A DNA stretch of 63,890 nt, counting the filler, from Octopus bimaculoides (taxonomy: Eukaryota), in assembly GCF_001194135.2 (NCBI RefSeq). It is 4 parts of 4 records of this genome, joined end to end, with 100 filler letters (N's around TTAATTAATTAA, not from the genome) between each part and the next. Parts side by side here need not be neighbours in the genome. Positions count along the whole stretch, not along the records: positions 1 to 20,108 come from NC_068982.1; positions 20,209 to 29,622 come from NC_069002.1; 2 more parts are not named here. The stretch is one strand, 5' to 3'. A program made the translations under genes and the position numbers. The notes below the pieces were generated by a model, which was not told where the DNA came from, ran no database searches, and was given only the letters and a program-made list of their open reading frames with translations. Within the stretch, counting starts at the first letter, position 1, and each line of letters opens with the position of its first letter. Of this stretch, positions 12,433-23,951 are shown piece after piece.

Positions 12433-12670
12433 ATGGCACATAAAAGACACCATTTCGAGCGTGGCCGTTTTCGTGCGGGTGACACGTAAAAGCACCCACT
12501 ACACTCTCCGAGTGGTTGGCGTTAGGAAGGGCATCCAGCTGTAGAAACTCTGCCAAATTAGACTGGAGCCTGGTGTTACCATCTGGTTTCACCAGTCCTC
12601 AGTCAAATCGTCCAACCCATGCTAGCATGGAAAGCGGACGTTAAACGATGATGATGATGATGATGATGAT
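12433..12670 (+). mobile_element. 5'-truncated (GAT)n-tailed retroelement inserted in the palindrome arm
   Basis: Same 3' segment as 1745-2163; absent from the right arm. Confidence 0.8.
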
Positions 12671-12749
12671 ACATAAAAATACATGTAAATAGAATCAATG
12701 TGGAATATATATGGAAGAAAAAGTGTGAAGAAAAGAGAACTGGTAAAAG

Positions 12750-13110
12750 TTTTGTTTGTATTCAGTCATTTGACTGCAGCCATGCTGGAGCACCACCTTT
12801 AGTCGAACAAATCGACCCCAGGACTTATCCTTTGTTAGCCTAGTACTTATTCTATCTGTCTCTTTTGCTGAACCGCTAAGTTACAGGGACGTAAATAGTT
12901 GTCAAGCGATGTTGGGGAGACAAACACACACACACACACACACATATATGATGGCTTCTTTCAGTTTCCATCTACCAAATCCACTCACAAGGCTTTGGTA
13001 GGCCTGAGGCTATAGTAGAAGACACTTGCCCAAGGTGCCATGCAGTGGGACTGAAACCAGAACCATGTGGTTGGTAAGCAAGCTACTTACCACACAGCCA
13101 CTCCTGCACC
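12750..13110 (-). mobile_element. SINE family A (full, antisense) inserted in the palindrome arm
   Basis: Reverse complement of the 2265-2648 type; absent from the right arm. Confidence 0.85.
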
Positions 13111-13218
13111 TATACTAAAATTAAGAGTGGTTAAGAGTTCCATTTAACAGATCCATAAAATTCAGTCTGGTTTTTTTTAAATATATAAAGGGTATATAAT
13201 ACAATTCAAGGAAGTCCA

Positions 13219-13305
13219 CTTTCGATGACCGTTTCCAGAGTTTATGTCCCGACAGAAAAATTATAAAAATTTTACAAACCATGTGGACGATGTCCCCTTC
13301 ATCAG
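13219..13305 (-). ncRNA. Hammerhead ribozyme-like motif, mirror copy lacking the 5' strand of stem I
   Basis: Minus strand reads CTGATGA-AGGGG...CTCTG-GAAA-CGGTCA-TC-GAAAG; the arm stops just 5' of CTGATGA. Confidence 0.5.
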
Positions 13306-13340
13306 TAATTGTCAAGATTGTGATTTTATAATGAGGATAC

Positions 13341-13432
13341 CTTTCCTGATGAAGGGGACATTTTCAGCATGGTTTGTAAAATTTTTATAATTTTTCTGTC
13401 GGGACATAAATTCTGGAAACGGTCATAGAAAG
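13341..13432 (+). ncRNA. Type I hammerhead ribozyme-like motif
   Basis: Stem I CTTTC (13341-45)/GAAAG (13428-32); CTGATGA 13346-52; long stem II region; GAAA 13416-19; CGGTCA; UA cleavage dinucleotide 13426-27. A.G at the base of stem II and a C.A mismatch in stem III are atypical. Confidence 0.6.
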
Positions 13433-13841
13433 TGGACTTCCTTGAATTGTATTATATACCATTTATATGTTTAAAAAAAAATAGATTGAATTTTATGGAT
13501 TTCTTAATTGGAACTCTTAACTGCTCTTAATTTTAGAATAGAAAAATATTTTTGTCACTTCGATTTTCCTTACTTTTTTTTTTCCATATGTATCCCACAA
13601 TGATTCTATTTACATGTATTTTTATGTATATTTATATTTTTTAAATTATTCATATATGTCAATATGTATTAATATATATATATATACACATTTTAAGTCG
13701 AATTTATAACTGTGTATATGAGTATGTAAAAAAAGTTGATTGCCTAATTTGAGTTTTTATTTTAATTCTTATCTTTTGTCTTGGGTTCGACCCGAACACT
13801 TCTTAAGCAATTCTATATATTTTGTAAGAAAGAATAATAAT

Positions 13842-13881
<40 letters not shown>

Positions 13882-14709
13882 TGTATCTTTGACATGGTAT
13901 TGCAAGATAGTTGTGAAAGAATGTCACTGTCATACAACCAGTGTCCTTCATTCCCAATCTTCTGTAAAAACATGTCTGGCCATAAGGAAATATCACCTTA
14001 CTTGGAAACAGACAAGCAGGGCATCTGATCATAGAAATGTGCCCTAATAAACTCTCTCTGACCAATGCAAGCAAGGAAAGTAGGCATTAAAAAAGATGTG
14101 CCTATTTTTGACAAAATTTGACAAAATTTTTTTACTTCAACAAAATGAGATTTAAATTCTTTTTATTATTTTATCTTTAAAGATTTTTGGCATCTAGAAG
14201 TAAAAACCTAAGACATTAAAATAAAGCAAAACTTTATAGCCATTATCTCTCCTTTAATACCAAGTGACTAAAGCAAGAAGGGAAAAATTATGTTGTCTTT
14301 TATACCAGATGTATTAGATCAATGTGTTAAATCATTGAGAATTTCTTGCACCTCATCTAATTTGTGTTTAGTTTAAATCTGTCACAGCTTCTGTTATTTT
14401 CACAAGAATATATGAATTGTAACATGAGACTTATTAACAATTGTTGAACAAATTCTCTGAATGAAAGCTCATATTTTAAATTACTTGAAATACCGGTAAT
14501 AACGATACTATTCTATAAGGATTTTGATATCCTTGTTGAATAATGTCAATGGTAGAATCAGTACTTCATCGAATCTAAATTATTCACAGATAATTAAAAA
14601 TTCACAGACTATTGAAAATTAACACAGAAATAGTTTAGAATTTAGTCTGTAGAGATTAATAAAAAATAGTTAATGAAATGAGATGCAAATTGGTGCTTTT
14701 AGCACCAGG

Positions 14710-15027
14710 TTAACTCTGATTCAAAAGATTTATGATCAAATACAAAGATTTATGACCATCCTGTATTTTTATCAATCGAGGATTGCCTAGTTCAATATTG
14801 CATTCTTTAAGATAATAATTATGATTTAATGTAGATTTTCCTGGATGAGTGACCATATCAGGGTTGCTTATATACTTGGAATATATGTTAAAAATTGATA
14901 AGGCACTGGGGCTAAATGCCACAGCATATGCAATTTCAGTTCCTTGTATTGTGAGTTCTATGTTTATCAGAGTTGACTTTGTTTCTATGTTTTCGCCTCT
15001 CCAACACAGATAAGTGCCAGAAATATC
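14710..15027 (-). CDS. Candidate coding exon, unknown product
   Basis: Branch-like CTTAAT plus TTCTTCTGCATAG acceptor at 15029-28; 105 open codons DISGTYLCWRGENIETKSTLINIELTIQGTEIAYAVAFSP...LLNQS*; extends the supplied 14710-14922 ORF in frame. Confidence 0.4.
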   Translation of the reverse strand, partial: DISGTYLCWRGENIETKSTLINIELTIQGTEIAYAVAFSPSALSIFNIYSKYISNPDMVTHPGKSTLNHNYYLKECNIELGNPRLIKIQDGHKSLYLIINLLNQS

Positions 15028-15187
15028 CTATGCAGAAGAATTAAGTAAGAGAAACTGAAGAAATAAAATAGCCTTCGATTATTGAATATTCTGGAATACT
15101 TGTTGGTATCTGCCAGGTTAAGTTATGTATGTGTATGTTTTCTATAAAAAAATTCACTTTCTTTACATAACCATACACACACACACA

Positions 15188-15243
<56 letters not shown>

Positions 15244-15244
15244 G

Positions 15245-15660
15245 GCGTTGGAATGGTTGTGTAGTAAGTAGCTTGCTTACCAACCACATGGTTCCGGGTT
15301 CAGTTCCATTGTGTGACACCTTGAGTAAGTGTCTTCTACTATAGCCTTGGACCAACCAAAGCCCTGTGAGTGGATTTGGTAGACGGAAACTGAAAGAAGC
15401 CCGTTGTGTATATATATATATATATGTATGTGTGTGTATTTATATGTCTGTATTTGTCCTCCAATCATCGTTTGACAACCGATGGTACTGTGCCTACATC
15501 CCCATAACTTAGCAGTTCAGCAAAACAGACCGATAGAGTAAGTGCTAGGCTTGCAAGAGAATAAGTCCTGGGGTCGATTTCTTCAACTAAAGGCGGTGCT
15601 CCAGCATGGCTGCAGTCAAATGACTGAAACAAATTAAAGAATAAAAGAATAAAGGAATAG
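15245..15660 (+). mobile_element. SINE family A (full)
   Basis: Head, body, TA tract and (GAATAAA)n tail as at 2265. Confidence 0.85.
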
Positions 15661-15799
15661 AGATAGATAGATAGATCGATAGATAGCTGAATAGATAAGT
15701 ACAGCAAAAAAGAACATGTGTGTGTGTGTGTGTGTTTGTGTGTGCGTGTGTGTGTGTGTGCGCACGCGCGTGTCCTTCCAGCGTGTCTTGTAAGTTACT

Positions 15800-16040
15800 C
15801 AGTGATCCTGTCAGTGCTGGTCCCATGCGAAAAGCACCTGTGTAGGTGTCATGTAAAAAGCACCCAGTACACTTTGTAAAGTGGACGGCATTAGGAAGGG
15901 CACCCAGCCATAGAAACCATGCCAAAACAGACAACTGGAACCTGGTGCAGCCCTCCAGCTTGTCAGCTCTTACCAAATCATCCAGCTCATGTCAGTATGG
16001 AGAACAGAAGTTAAACGGCAATGATGATGTTAATGATAAT
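15800..16040 (+). mobile_element. (GAT)n-tailed retroelement 3' fragment
   Basis: AGGAAGGGCACCCAGCCATAGAAA...GTTAAACGGCAATGATGATG. Confidence 0.6.
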
Positions 16041-16072
16041 GTATATATATCGATCTATCAATCTCTCTGTCC

Positions 16073-16141
<69 letters not shown>

Positions 16142-16920
16142 GTCTGTGTGTGTGTTTATATAAATATATACATAATTCATCCAAGCTTTAATGCTGTCGT
16201 TTCCTTCCCGTAAAAGTGCAGTATTTGAAGTGACAAGAATGATTAATTACATGTTTTATTTGGTTAATTGACTATAAGCTTGCTTTCGAAAATTTTATAA
16301 TGACTCTTGTCAAAAGAAATCAGTATTCAGTGGCATATCAATGGGTCTTTGCACCCAGGGACAAAGATGCATTTGACACCATCTCTCCTTAATTAACTGG
16401 CAAGAGGAAATTTTGTGGGAAGTGGATATTTTGTGACCCTTCACACCTGCTCTCAAGAATAACTGCCTCGCTTTCCAGTTTTGCATACAGGGAATCAATA
16501 CTTATAGGAACAATCATGGTTGTGTGGCTAAAAAGCTCACTTTGTAACCATATGGTTTTGATTTCAGTCCTGCTGCCACCTCGTCAGCACTCAATTTCCA
16601 GGGCACCAGCATCGGACACACTTCCCCTCCAATCCGTTGTTGCAACCCTGTTCCTGTTGGGCTGGAAGGCATGCTGTGTTTGCAGGTCACAGGGCAGCAC
16701 CCCACCACTGCTGGCTTCGGCCAACTGGCAACAGGACCCCCACACTTCTCTTGACTGGGCCTGTCACTCCTCAAATGCAGGCATGGCTAACCAATGGGGA
16801 CAGGCTAACAAGCCTTGCCCTCAGCAAACACGATGAAAACCTAGATCCAGAATTTTTTACAAACAAGTTTGACTTTAATCGATTTTGATATCAATACAAA
16901 ACAAGTGTAATAGAAATTAT

Positions 16921-17180
16921 TAAGGTGGCAAGCTGGCAGAAATATTAACGAGATGTGCGAAATGCTTAGCGGTATTTCGTCTGCCGCTACGTTCTGAGTT
17001 CTAATTCCGCCGAGGTCGACTTTGTCTTTCATCCTTTCGGGGTCGATTAAATAAGTACTAGTTATGCACTGGGGTCAATATAATCAACTTAATCCATTTG
17101 GCTGTCCTTGTTTGTCCCCTCTGTGTGTAGCCCCTTGTGGGCAGTAAAGAAATAAGAAATTATTATTATTATAATATTTG
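16921..17180 (+). mobile_element. tRNA-derived SINE, family B
   Basis: Head GGTGGCAAGCTGGCAGAA...GAGTTCTAATTCC, core GCCGAGGTCGACTTTG..TTTCATCCTTTCGGGGTCGA; relatives at 23636, 45965, 46190 and 49545. Confidence 0.8.
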
Positions 17181-18597
17181 TACATCAACCAAAATCAGAT
17201 AAATCCAATAATGGAAAAGTAATGTTTCAAATCAACCCAAAAATATTTCTATTCTTGTTTGGTTTGGAGATGAAGTTTTCCAGGAAGGATGTCCAAAGCC
17301 TTCTCATTGCCCTCCTACAAATTTTAGTGGGTGCATTTGCACTATCTGCACCCACTGTTTGTTCTGGACTTAAATCCTGCCAAGGTCAGTTTTACCTTTT
17401 ATCCTTCTGGGGTTGATAAATAAAGAACCAATCAAGGGTGGTGGGCTGGTAGAGATATTAGAGTATTGGATGGGATGCTTTATGGTATTTGTTCCAAATC
17501 TTTGTGTGCTGAGTTCAAATCTCACTGTGACCTACATATGTGGTGAACCTAATCCATAATCTTCAGAAGAGACAACTTTGTTGTAGGCTTTCAGGCCAGG
17601 TCTCAGGATAATACCTTCCTCCATCCCATTAATTTTGGCAGCCCTGGAAAGGGGCAAAAGCTCTGCTTCTCTCTCTCCTGACTAAATGATAAAATTAAAT
17701 GAATAAATACCTAAATTGTTTTTTCCTGCAGATGGCATCCCTGAGTAATTAATCTCTGTGAAATATTTTTCAAAACTTTCCCATTTGAGATTGCTGTATG
17801 TTTTAAATGGACTCTTATCATAACAGATTTTTTACAAATGATAAATAGTAAATTATGTTGGTGAAGGTCCATGACTTACTGGTTAGGCTCTTGTACTCAT
17901 GATTTGAATGTTGTGGTTTCAATCCCTGGGTCAGGCAACACATTGTGTTCTTGAGCAAATGCTTCATTTCATTGATAAGACCAAGGACAGTCAAAATCAC
18001 ATGATCTGCTGGTCTTGGTACTGGAGGTGGTGAGTATTTAATCTCTCAGCTAGCGACATAGACAAGAGTGCAATTTGCACCAAAAAGCAATATGAGACTT
18101 TCTCTCATGGTAATTACCACAGTATAGTTAATTCTAACAGAACATCCATGTTTAAGTGGGATAAATATTACCACTTGGTGTTAATACAGTCTCTGTTGCT
18201 AATATATACTTCATTTCATGTTCCTCCAGTCCATTCAGCCAGTAAAAATGAATAATCTTGCGATGGACTGGTGTCTTGTTCAGGAGGGGCAATATACGCG
18301 CCACAGAATCTGGGAAACTGGTTTTATGTTGACTTACAAATATATGGGAATAATTCACAGTTGAGGAATGATGTCTTACAAAATTATGTTTTCTAATCAC
18401 AAGGTTTCAAATTCACTTCAATGGCATGTCACTTTGGGCAAAAGTCTTCTACTACAGCTGTGGAGTGACCAAAACCTTGTAAGTTGATTTAGCAGATGGA
18501 AACTGAAACTCATCACACACACACACACACATGCATACACACACACATGCATGCACACAAACACACACACATGCATATACATATGTGTATGTATGTA

Positions 18598-18993
18598 TTC
18601 TTTTACTCTTTTACTTGATTCAGTCATGCTGGAGCACCGCCTTTAGTTGAGCAAATCGACCCCAGGACTTATTCTTTGTAAGCCTAGTATTTATTCTATC
18701 AGTCTCACTTGCTGAACTGCTAAGTGACAGGGACGTAAACACACCAGCATCGGTTGTCAAGCGATGTTGGGGGAACAAACACAGACACACAAACATATAC
18801 ACATATGCATACACATATATATATATATACGACGGGTTTCTTTCAATTTCCGTCTACCAAATCCACTCACAAGGCTTTGGCCGGCCCGAGGCTATAGTAG
18901 AAGACACTTGCCCAAGGTGCCATGCAGTGGGACTGAACCCAGAACCAAGTGGTTGGTAAGCAAGCTACTTATCACACAGCCACTCCTGTGCCT
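18598..18993 (-). mobile_element. SINE family A (full, antisense)
   Basis: Reverse complement of the family A consensus seen in the window, including the tail. Confidence 0.85.
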
Positions 18994-19190
18994 TTAAAAA
19001 GTTTGTTAAAAAATTTAACAAAAACTCAACAAACGGAAAATTTTACAAAAACATAACAAACAGAAAATTTGTAGCTATTTCCTTATCAGTCAACATCAAA
19101 AGATCCTTAGAATTTTGTACTTTTAATGACATATATATATATATATATATATATCATTAGAGGAAAAATCAAACTCAAGGCAGAACAAGT

Positions 19191-19266
19191 ATCTCAAAGC
19201 TATTTCTGGGATAACCCAAGTGGTCGATTAGCATATCCGTACACTGGCTATTCCATCATCAGAGAC
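19191..19266 (-). ncRNA. Degenerate hammerhead mirror copy
   Basis: GTCT-CTGATGA-TGGAAT...ATCCCA-GAAA-TAGCTT-TG-AGAT; G at position 17 and a broken stem III predict inactivity. Confidence 0.5.
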
Positions 19267-19491
19267 AAGGTATGAATATTTTAAACAGGGAAAATTTACA
19301 GTTTACAAAGAATAAAATTCGCTGTCTATAAGGAATAAAATAGAAGAATAAAGCAGCAAAATGTTCTTCTAACTATTTTTACTCTTTATTCTTCCATTTT
19401 ACTACTTTATTTTTCTGTTTTGTTCCTTATAAACTGTAAATTTTATTCCTTGTAAACTGTAAATTTTCCCCGACTAAAATATTCATACCTT

Positions 19492-19567
19492 GTCTCTGAT
19501 GATGGAATGTCTAGTGTACAGATATGCTAACCAACCACTTGGGTTATCCCAGAAACAGTTGTAAGAC
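19492..19567 (+). ncRNA. Type I minimal hammerhead ribozyme
   Basis: Stem I GTCT (19492-95)/AGAC (19564-67); CTGATGA 19496-502; stem II TGGAAT/ATCCCA (one mismatch); GAAA 19552-55; near-palindromic stem III CAGTTG; GUA triplet, cleavage predicted after 19563. Confidence 0.75.
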
Positions 19568-19800
19568 TTCAAATTCACCTTAGCCTAATTAAATTAATGT
19601 AAATGAGTTAAGATACTCGTTCTGCGTTGGTTTTGATTTTTCCTCTAATATAATATATACATTCTATAATGCAACCCTAACACAGATCCCTAGATCAAGC
19701 CTTAGCTGTGATCTTGAAACCTAATGGTTGACCAACTATAGTATAACACTTACCCAGCATACCTATTCGTTTAGATCACAAGTGAGTTAAACTCCTCAAG

Positions 19801-20108
19801 GTCCCCTCTCGACCCAGAGAAACGTGGTGGTGGAACAAGGAGGTAGACAGGGCTATAAGACAAAAGAAACAGGCTTGGAAGGACTGGAAGAACGGTGGTA
19901 GCAGGGAATTGTATCAATGTGCCAGAAGGGAGGCTAGGCGACAGGTTTATTTAGCCAGAGGGGAAGCAGATAAGAAAAGATTTGCCAATGTTCTGCGCCG
20001 TGAGGACCAAAGACTCGAGGTATTTCGTGTTGCAAGACAGTGTAGGAGAGAGAATAGTGATGTCGTAGGAGAGAAATGTGTTTGCATGGATGATGGTATG
20101 CTTGCACT
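19801..20108 (+). mobile_element. RTE-clade LINE ORF fragment (endonuclease-RT linker region)
   Basis: Open frame VPSRPRETWWWNKEVDRAIRQKKQAWKDWKNGGSRELYQCARREARRQVYLAR...; ETWWWNxEV is typical of RTE-type ORFs; truncated by a gap. Confidence 0.8.
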
Positions 20109-20152
20109 NNNNNNNNNNNNNNNNNNNNNNNNNNNNNNNNNNNNNNNNNNNN

Positions 20153-20164
20153 TTAATTAATTAA
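20153..20164. other. Artificial contig-join linker TTAATTAATTAA (44 N + 12 + 44 N)
   Basis: Identical 100-bp construct at 20109-20208, 29623-29722 and 53956-54055. Confidence 0.9.
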
Positions 20165-20209
20165 NNNNNNNNNNNNNNNNNNNNNNNNNNNNNNNNNNNN
20201 NNNNNNNNA

Positions 20210-20551
20210 AAGATCGAGAAGGTGAATGACAAGGACCTTTTTGTGTGCACAATCTGTGACAGACCATGTCTGTCTTTGGCTGGCCTCAAATCTCACCTGC
20301 GAACCCATGGGAAACAAACCTCATCCAGCTATTCTGATTATATGTCTGTGCACACGTTTGAATGTGGTGTGTGCCAGAGGGTTTGCAAATCCAATGGGGG
20401 TCTTAAAAGACATGTTAGGATCCACAATGAGCAGAACTTACTTGCAGGTATTGGTAGTGCAAATCAGAGGTGCAATCTGTGTGGGTGTTTTTTCAAAACA
20501 CTGTCTGGTTTAAAAAGCCACATCAGACGCCATGAACGGGCTAAGGTGTAG
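20210..20551 (+). CDS. C-terminal ORF fragment with three C2H2 zinc fingers, probably the 3' end of a LINE ORF
   Basis: Open from the gap: CTICDRPCLSLAGLKSHLRTH, CGVCQRVCKSNGGLKRHVRIH, CNLCGCFFKTLSGLKSHIRRH; no TGEKP linkers; short 3' segment, then TA-rich sequence. Confidence 0.65.
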   Translation, partial: KIEKVNDKDLFVCTICDRPCLSLAGLKSHLRTHGKQTSSSYSDYMSVHTFECGVCQRVCKSNGGLKRHVRIHNEQNLLAGIGSANQRCNLCGCFFKTLSGLKSHIRRHERAKV

Positions 20552-21217
20552 GTGCAGGAGGTGGTCAAACTCTGTGTAAGGAGTAGGCAACCACTATATA
20601 TGTATGCATATATGCAAATTTGTATGTTTAGTTTCATATATGTATTCTCATGCATACAGTTGTATATCTAGACATGCTCATATATATTTAAATGATAAAC
20701 TTTTGGAAAGTTTTACAGACCTTTACAGTTCCAGTGATGGATTGGATCTGTAGTCTTTGAATTAGCTTTTTCCTTTCTAGTTTTAAGAAGCCTAATTTCT
20801 CAAGATTGGTAATGTGTTACATATTCCAGTACCCCAATAATTACAGGTATAATTACAGGTATAAACCTGAACTTGTAATCTAGATAGAGTAACTGGTGTA
20901 TGTATATATGTATGTATATATGTATGTATATATGTATGTGTTTATGTATGTATAGTTCTGATATCAAACACATAAGTGCATATATTCAAATTTATTTACC
21001 TATACACACATAGATACACCTACACTTACAACGCCACCCTTCTCCCACCTCCCACATGTTTAATTCATTATCATGTTTGTACTACATATTTGCAACATGT
21101 TTACATATGTTTCTTGTATACACACACACACACACACACACACACATTCACACACCACATTTTTGTGTCATTGTCGTGTTTGATTTATAATGGAAACATG
21201 TGTTTGTCACTCTCTTT

Positions 21218-21256
<39 letters not shown>

Positions 21257-21761
21257 CACATTTACACACATACTTATGCTCTCACACACTCATATGCATG
21301 AACATACATTCACATACATATGCATGCACAGACACATACACATATATATGCACACATAAATTTACACACAAATATACACACTCACAGATACACTTTCAAT
21401 TACAAATACATTCACACCCACACATGTATGTGCACACATACACAGATTCACGTTCACATACAGACACACATTCACACACACATACAAACACATAAATTCA
21501 CACATTCACATATTCACATGTACTCGCACACGCACACACACACGCATGTACACACACTGAGACCCACGTTCACACACACATACACACACATTTCCCTTTC
21601 ACAAACAGATGACTGCCAAACGCATTTTCTAACCCAATTTCCATGAAAAAAAATAAATAAATAAAAGGAATAAATAGATAAATAAATAAATAAAAAATGT
21701 AGCCAAAGGAAAAAAATGAAAGAAAAACAAGAAAAATAAACAAAACGGATCACAAATAATG

Positions 21762-21809
<48 letters not shown>

Positions 21810-21831
21810 AGGTCCTTGACCNNNNNNNNNN

Positions 21832-21865
<34 letters not shown>

Positions 21866-22013
21866 AGGTCCTTGACCCGTTCCCCTCCCTCCCACCAGCC
21901 TGCCACCCCTTTTCTCACCAGAGTTTAGTCAACTTTTACCTCTTCTGTTTAAAATCCATTTAGCTACCGATTGGTGGTGGTGGTGGTGGTGGTAGGGACC
22001 TACCCCTACTTAG

Positions 22014-22048
<35 letters not shown>

Positions 22049-22579
22049 GTAATATGTGTATGTGCATGTGTGCGTATGTAAGTATGTACGTGTGTATGTG
22101 TGCATATGTGTGTATGTAATGTATGTGTATATGTATGTGTGTTTGTGTGTATGTATAGGTGTATATGTATGTATGTGTTTATATGTATGTATGTATGTGT
22201 GTATGTCTGTGTGTGTATGTGTGTATGTATGTCCGTGTATGTTGTGTGNNNNNNNNNNTATGTATGTGTTTATATGTATGTATGTGTGTATGTCTGTGTG
22301 TGTATGTGTGTATGTATGTCCGTGTATGTTGTGTGTGTGTGTGTGTTGTCTGTATGTGTGTATGTGTGTATATATGTATGCATGTGTTTGTCTATGTATG
22401 TAGGTATGGATGTATGTACGTATATTTGTATGTATGCGTGTGTGTATTGTATGTGGTGTGGTTGTTGTTGTTACTGTTGTCGTTCATTGTTTCTCATGCC
22501 TTTGTTGCTGTTGACCAAATAAAGACAATCAAACTATGACCACCTCCATTCATTTTTTTCTTTCAAGGAATAAATACGC

Positions 22580-23030
22580 AGGTGTAGTTGTTTCATTTAG
22601 AAGTTTGCTTTTTGACTGCAAGGTCTAAGGTTCAGTCCCACTGCATGGCACCTTGGGCAAGTGTTTTCAGCCATAACGCTGGGCTGACCAAAGCCTTGTG
22701 AATGAATTCGGTTAGTGGAAATTGAGAGAAGCCTGTTTCATGTGTGTATGTGTGTGAGTTTCTTTGCCTTAATATTGTATGATAGTTGTAAATGAGTGTC
22801 GCTGTTATACAAGTGGTGTCCTTTGTTTCCAATCGTCCCTGAAAACATGTCTGGCCATGGGGTAATATCATCTTGCTTTGAAACAGATGATGGTTGGCAA
22901 CAGGAAGGGCATCCAGCTGTAGACTACTTGCCTCAATGAACTTCATCCGACCCATGCAGGGATGGAAAAGTAGAAGTTAAAACATTGAGGATGATGACGA
23001 TGATGATAATGATAATGATGATGATGATGA
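22580..23030 (+). mobile_element. SINE A head joined to a (GAT)n-tailed 3' segment
   Basis: CCTTGGGCAAGTG body, then ...CAGGAAGGGCATCCAGCTGTAG...GATGATG tail; related 3' segments at 2650-2850 and 13880-14100. Confidence 0.6.
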
Positions 23031-23059
23031 AGTGCATCCTCTAACTAATGTGTTTTATT

Positions 23060-23455
23060 CATTTATTCTTTTACTTGAAGGGTTTTAGTTGAACAAATTG
23101 ACCCCAGGACTTTTTTTTTTAAGCCTAGAACTTATTGTGTCACTCTCTTTTGCTGAACTGCTAAGTTACTGGGACATAAACATACCAACACTGATTGTCA
23201 AGCGGTGATGGGGTGGAGAGTGGGGGGACAAACACAGGCACAAAGACACACACACATAGACACATACATATATACATATATATAAATATATGTATGACAA
23301 GCTTCTTTCAGTTTCCATCTACCAAATCCACTCACACAGCTTTGGTTGGCCCAGGCTATAGTAGAAGACACTTGCCCAAGGTTCCACGCAGTGGGACTGA
23401 ACCTTGAACCATGTGATTGGGAAGCAAGCTTCTTATCACACAGTCACTCCTGCAC
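23060..23455 (-). mobile_element. SINE family A (antisense)
   Basis: Reverse complement of the family consensus. Confidence 0.8.
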
Positions 23456-23635
23456 ATTTTGTAATGTATTCTTTTTTTAAGACGCGAATTTCTGGTTTGT
23501 GGGAGACTTGGCTGATATTTTTAGCAAGTCCATGTATGGTTTCTTTTAACCTTCATGTAAGGAATTAAAGAAATTGGAGCAATAATTCTTGACTTAACGA
23601 TAACGAACATGTAGTAATTACTGCTTGAATGAGAG

Positions 23636-23850
23636 CTGCAAGCTGGCAGAATGGTTAGTGTGTCGGACAAGACGCTTAGCTCTCTATGTTCAGAGTTCAA
23701 ATTCTGCTGAGGTCAACTGTACTTTTTATCTTTACAGGGGTTGACAAAATAGTGTACCAGTCAAGTACTGGTGTCTATGCAATTCAGCTTGCTTCCCCCA
23801 CCCACATCCCCAAATTCCCTCAAAATTGCTGGCATTGTGCTAAAATTTTG
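23636..23850 (+). mobile_element. SINE family B (degenerate)
   Basis: GCAAGCTGGCAGAATGGTTAG...GAGTTCAAATTCTGCTGAGGTCAAC. Confidence 0.65.
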
Positions 23851-23911
23851 TGGGCAGTGCTTACAAGCAGTTTATCATTTGTGTGTATGCGTGTGAGACA
23901 ATGTGTGCAAG

Positions 23912-23951
<40 letters not shown>

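Larger units (their letters stand above)
12281..13772. repeat. Large head-to-head palindrome (~430-bp arms) of an HHR-bearing repeat; left arm interrupted by two insertions
   Basis: 13346-13772 is the reverse complement of 13113-13305 + 12671-12755 + 12281-12432; 40-bp spacer at 13306-13345. Confidence 0.85.
19187..19570. repeat. Head-to-head palindrome (~176-bp arms) with an HHR in each arm
   Basis: 19187-19363 is an imperfect reverse complement of 19395-19570; 31-bp spacer. Confidence 0.85.

Noticed and set aside
19801-20551. Treating the RTE fragment and the zinc-finger ORF as one continuous ORF
   Set aside because: Separated by an artificial linker gap, and a full RT domain would have to lie between them.
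21770-22340. Direct duplications on either side of the 10-N gaps at 21822 and 22249
   Set aside because: Overlapping contig ends left unmerged; assembly artefact.
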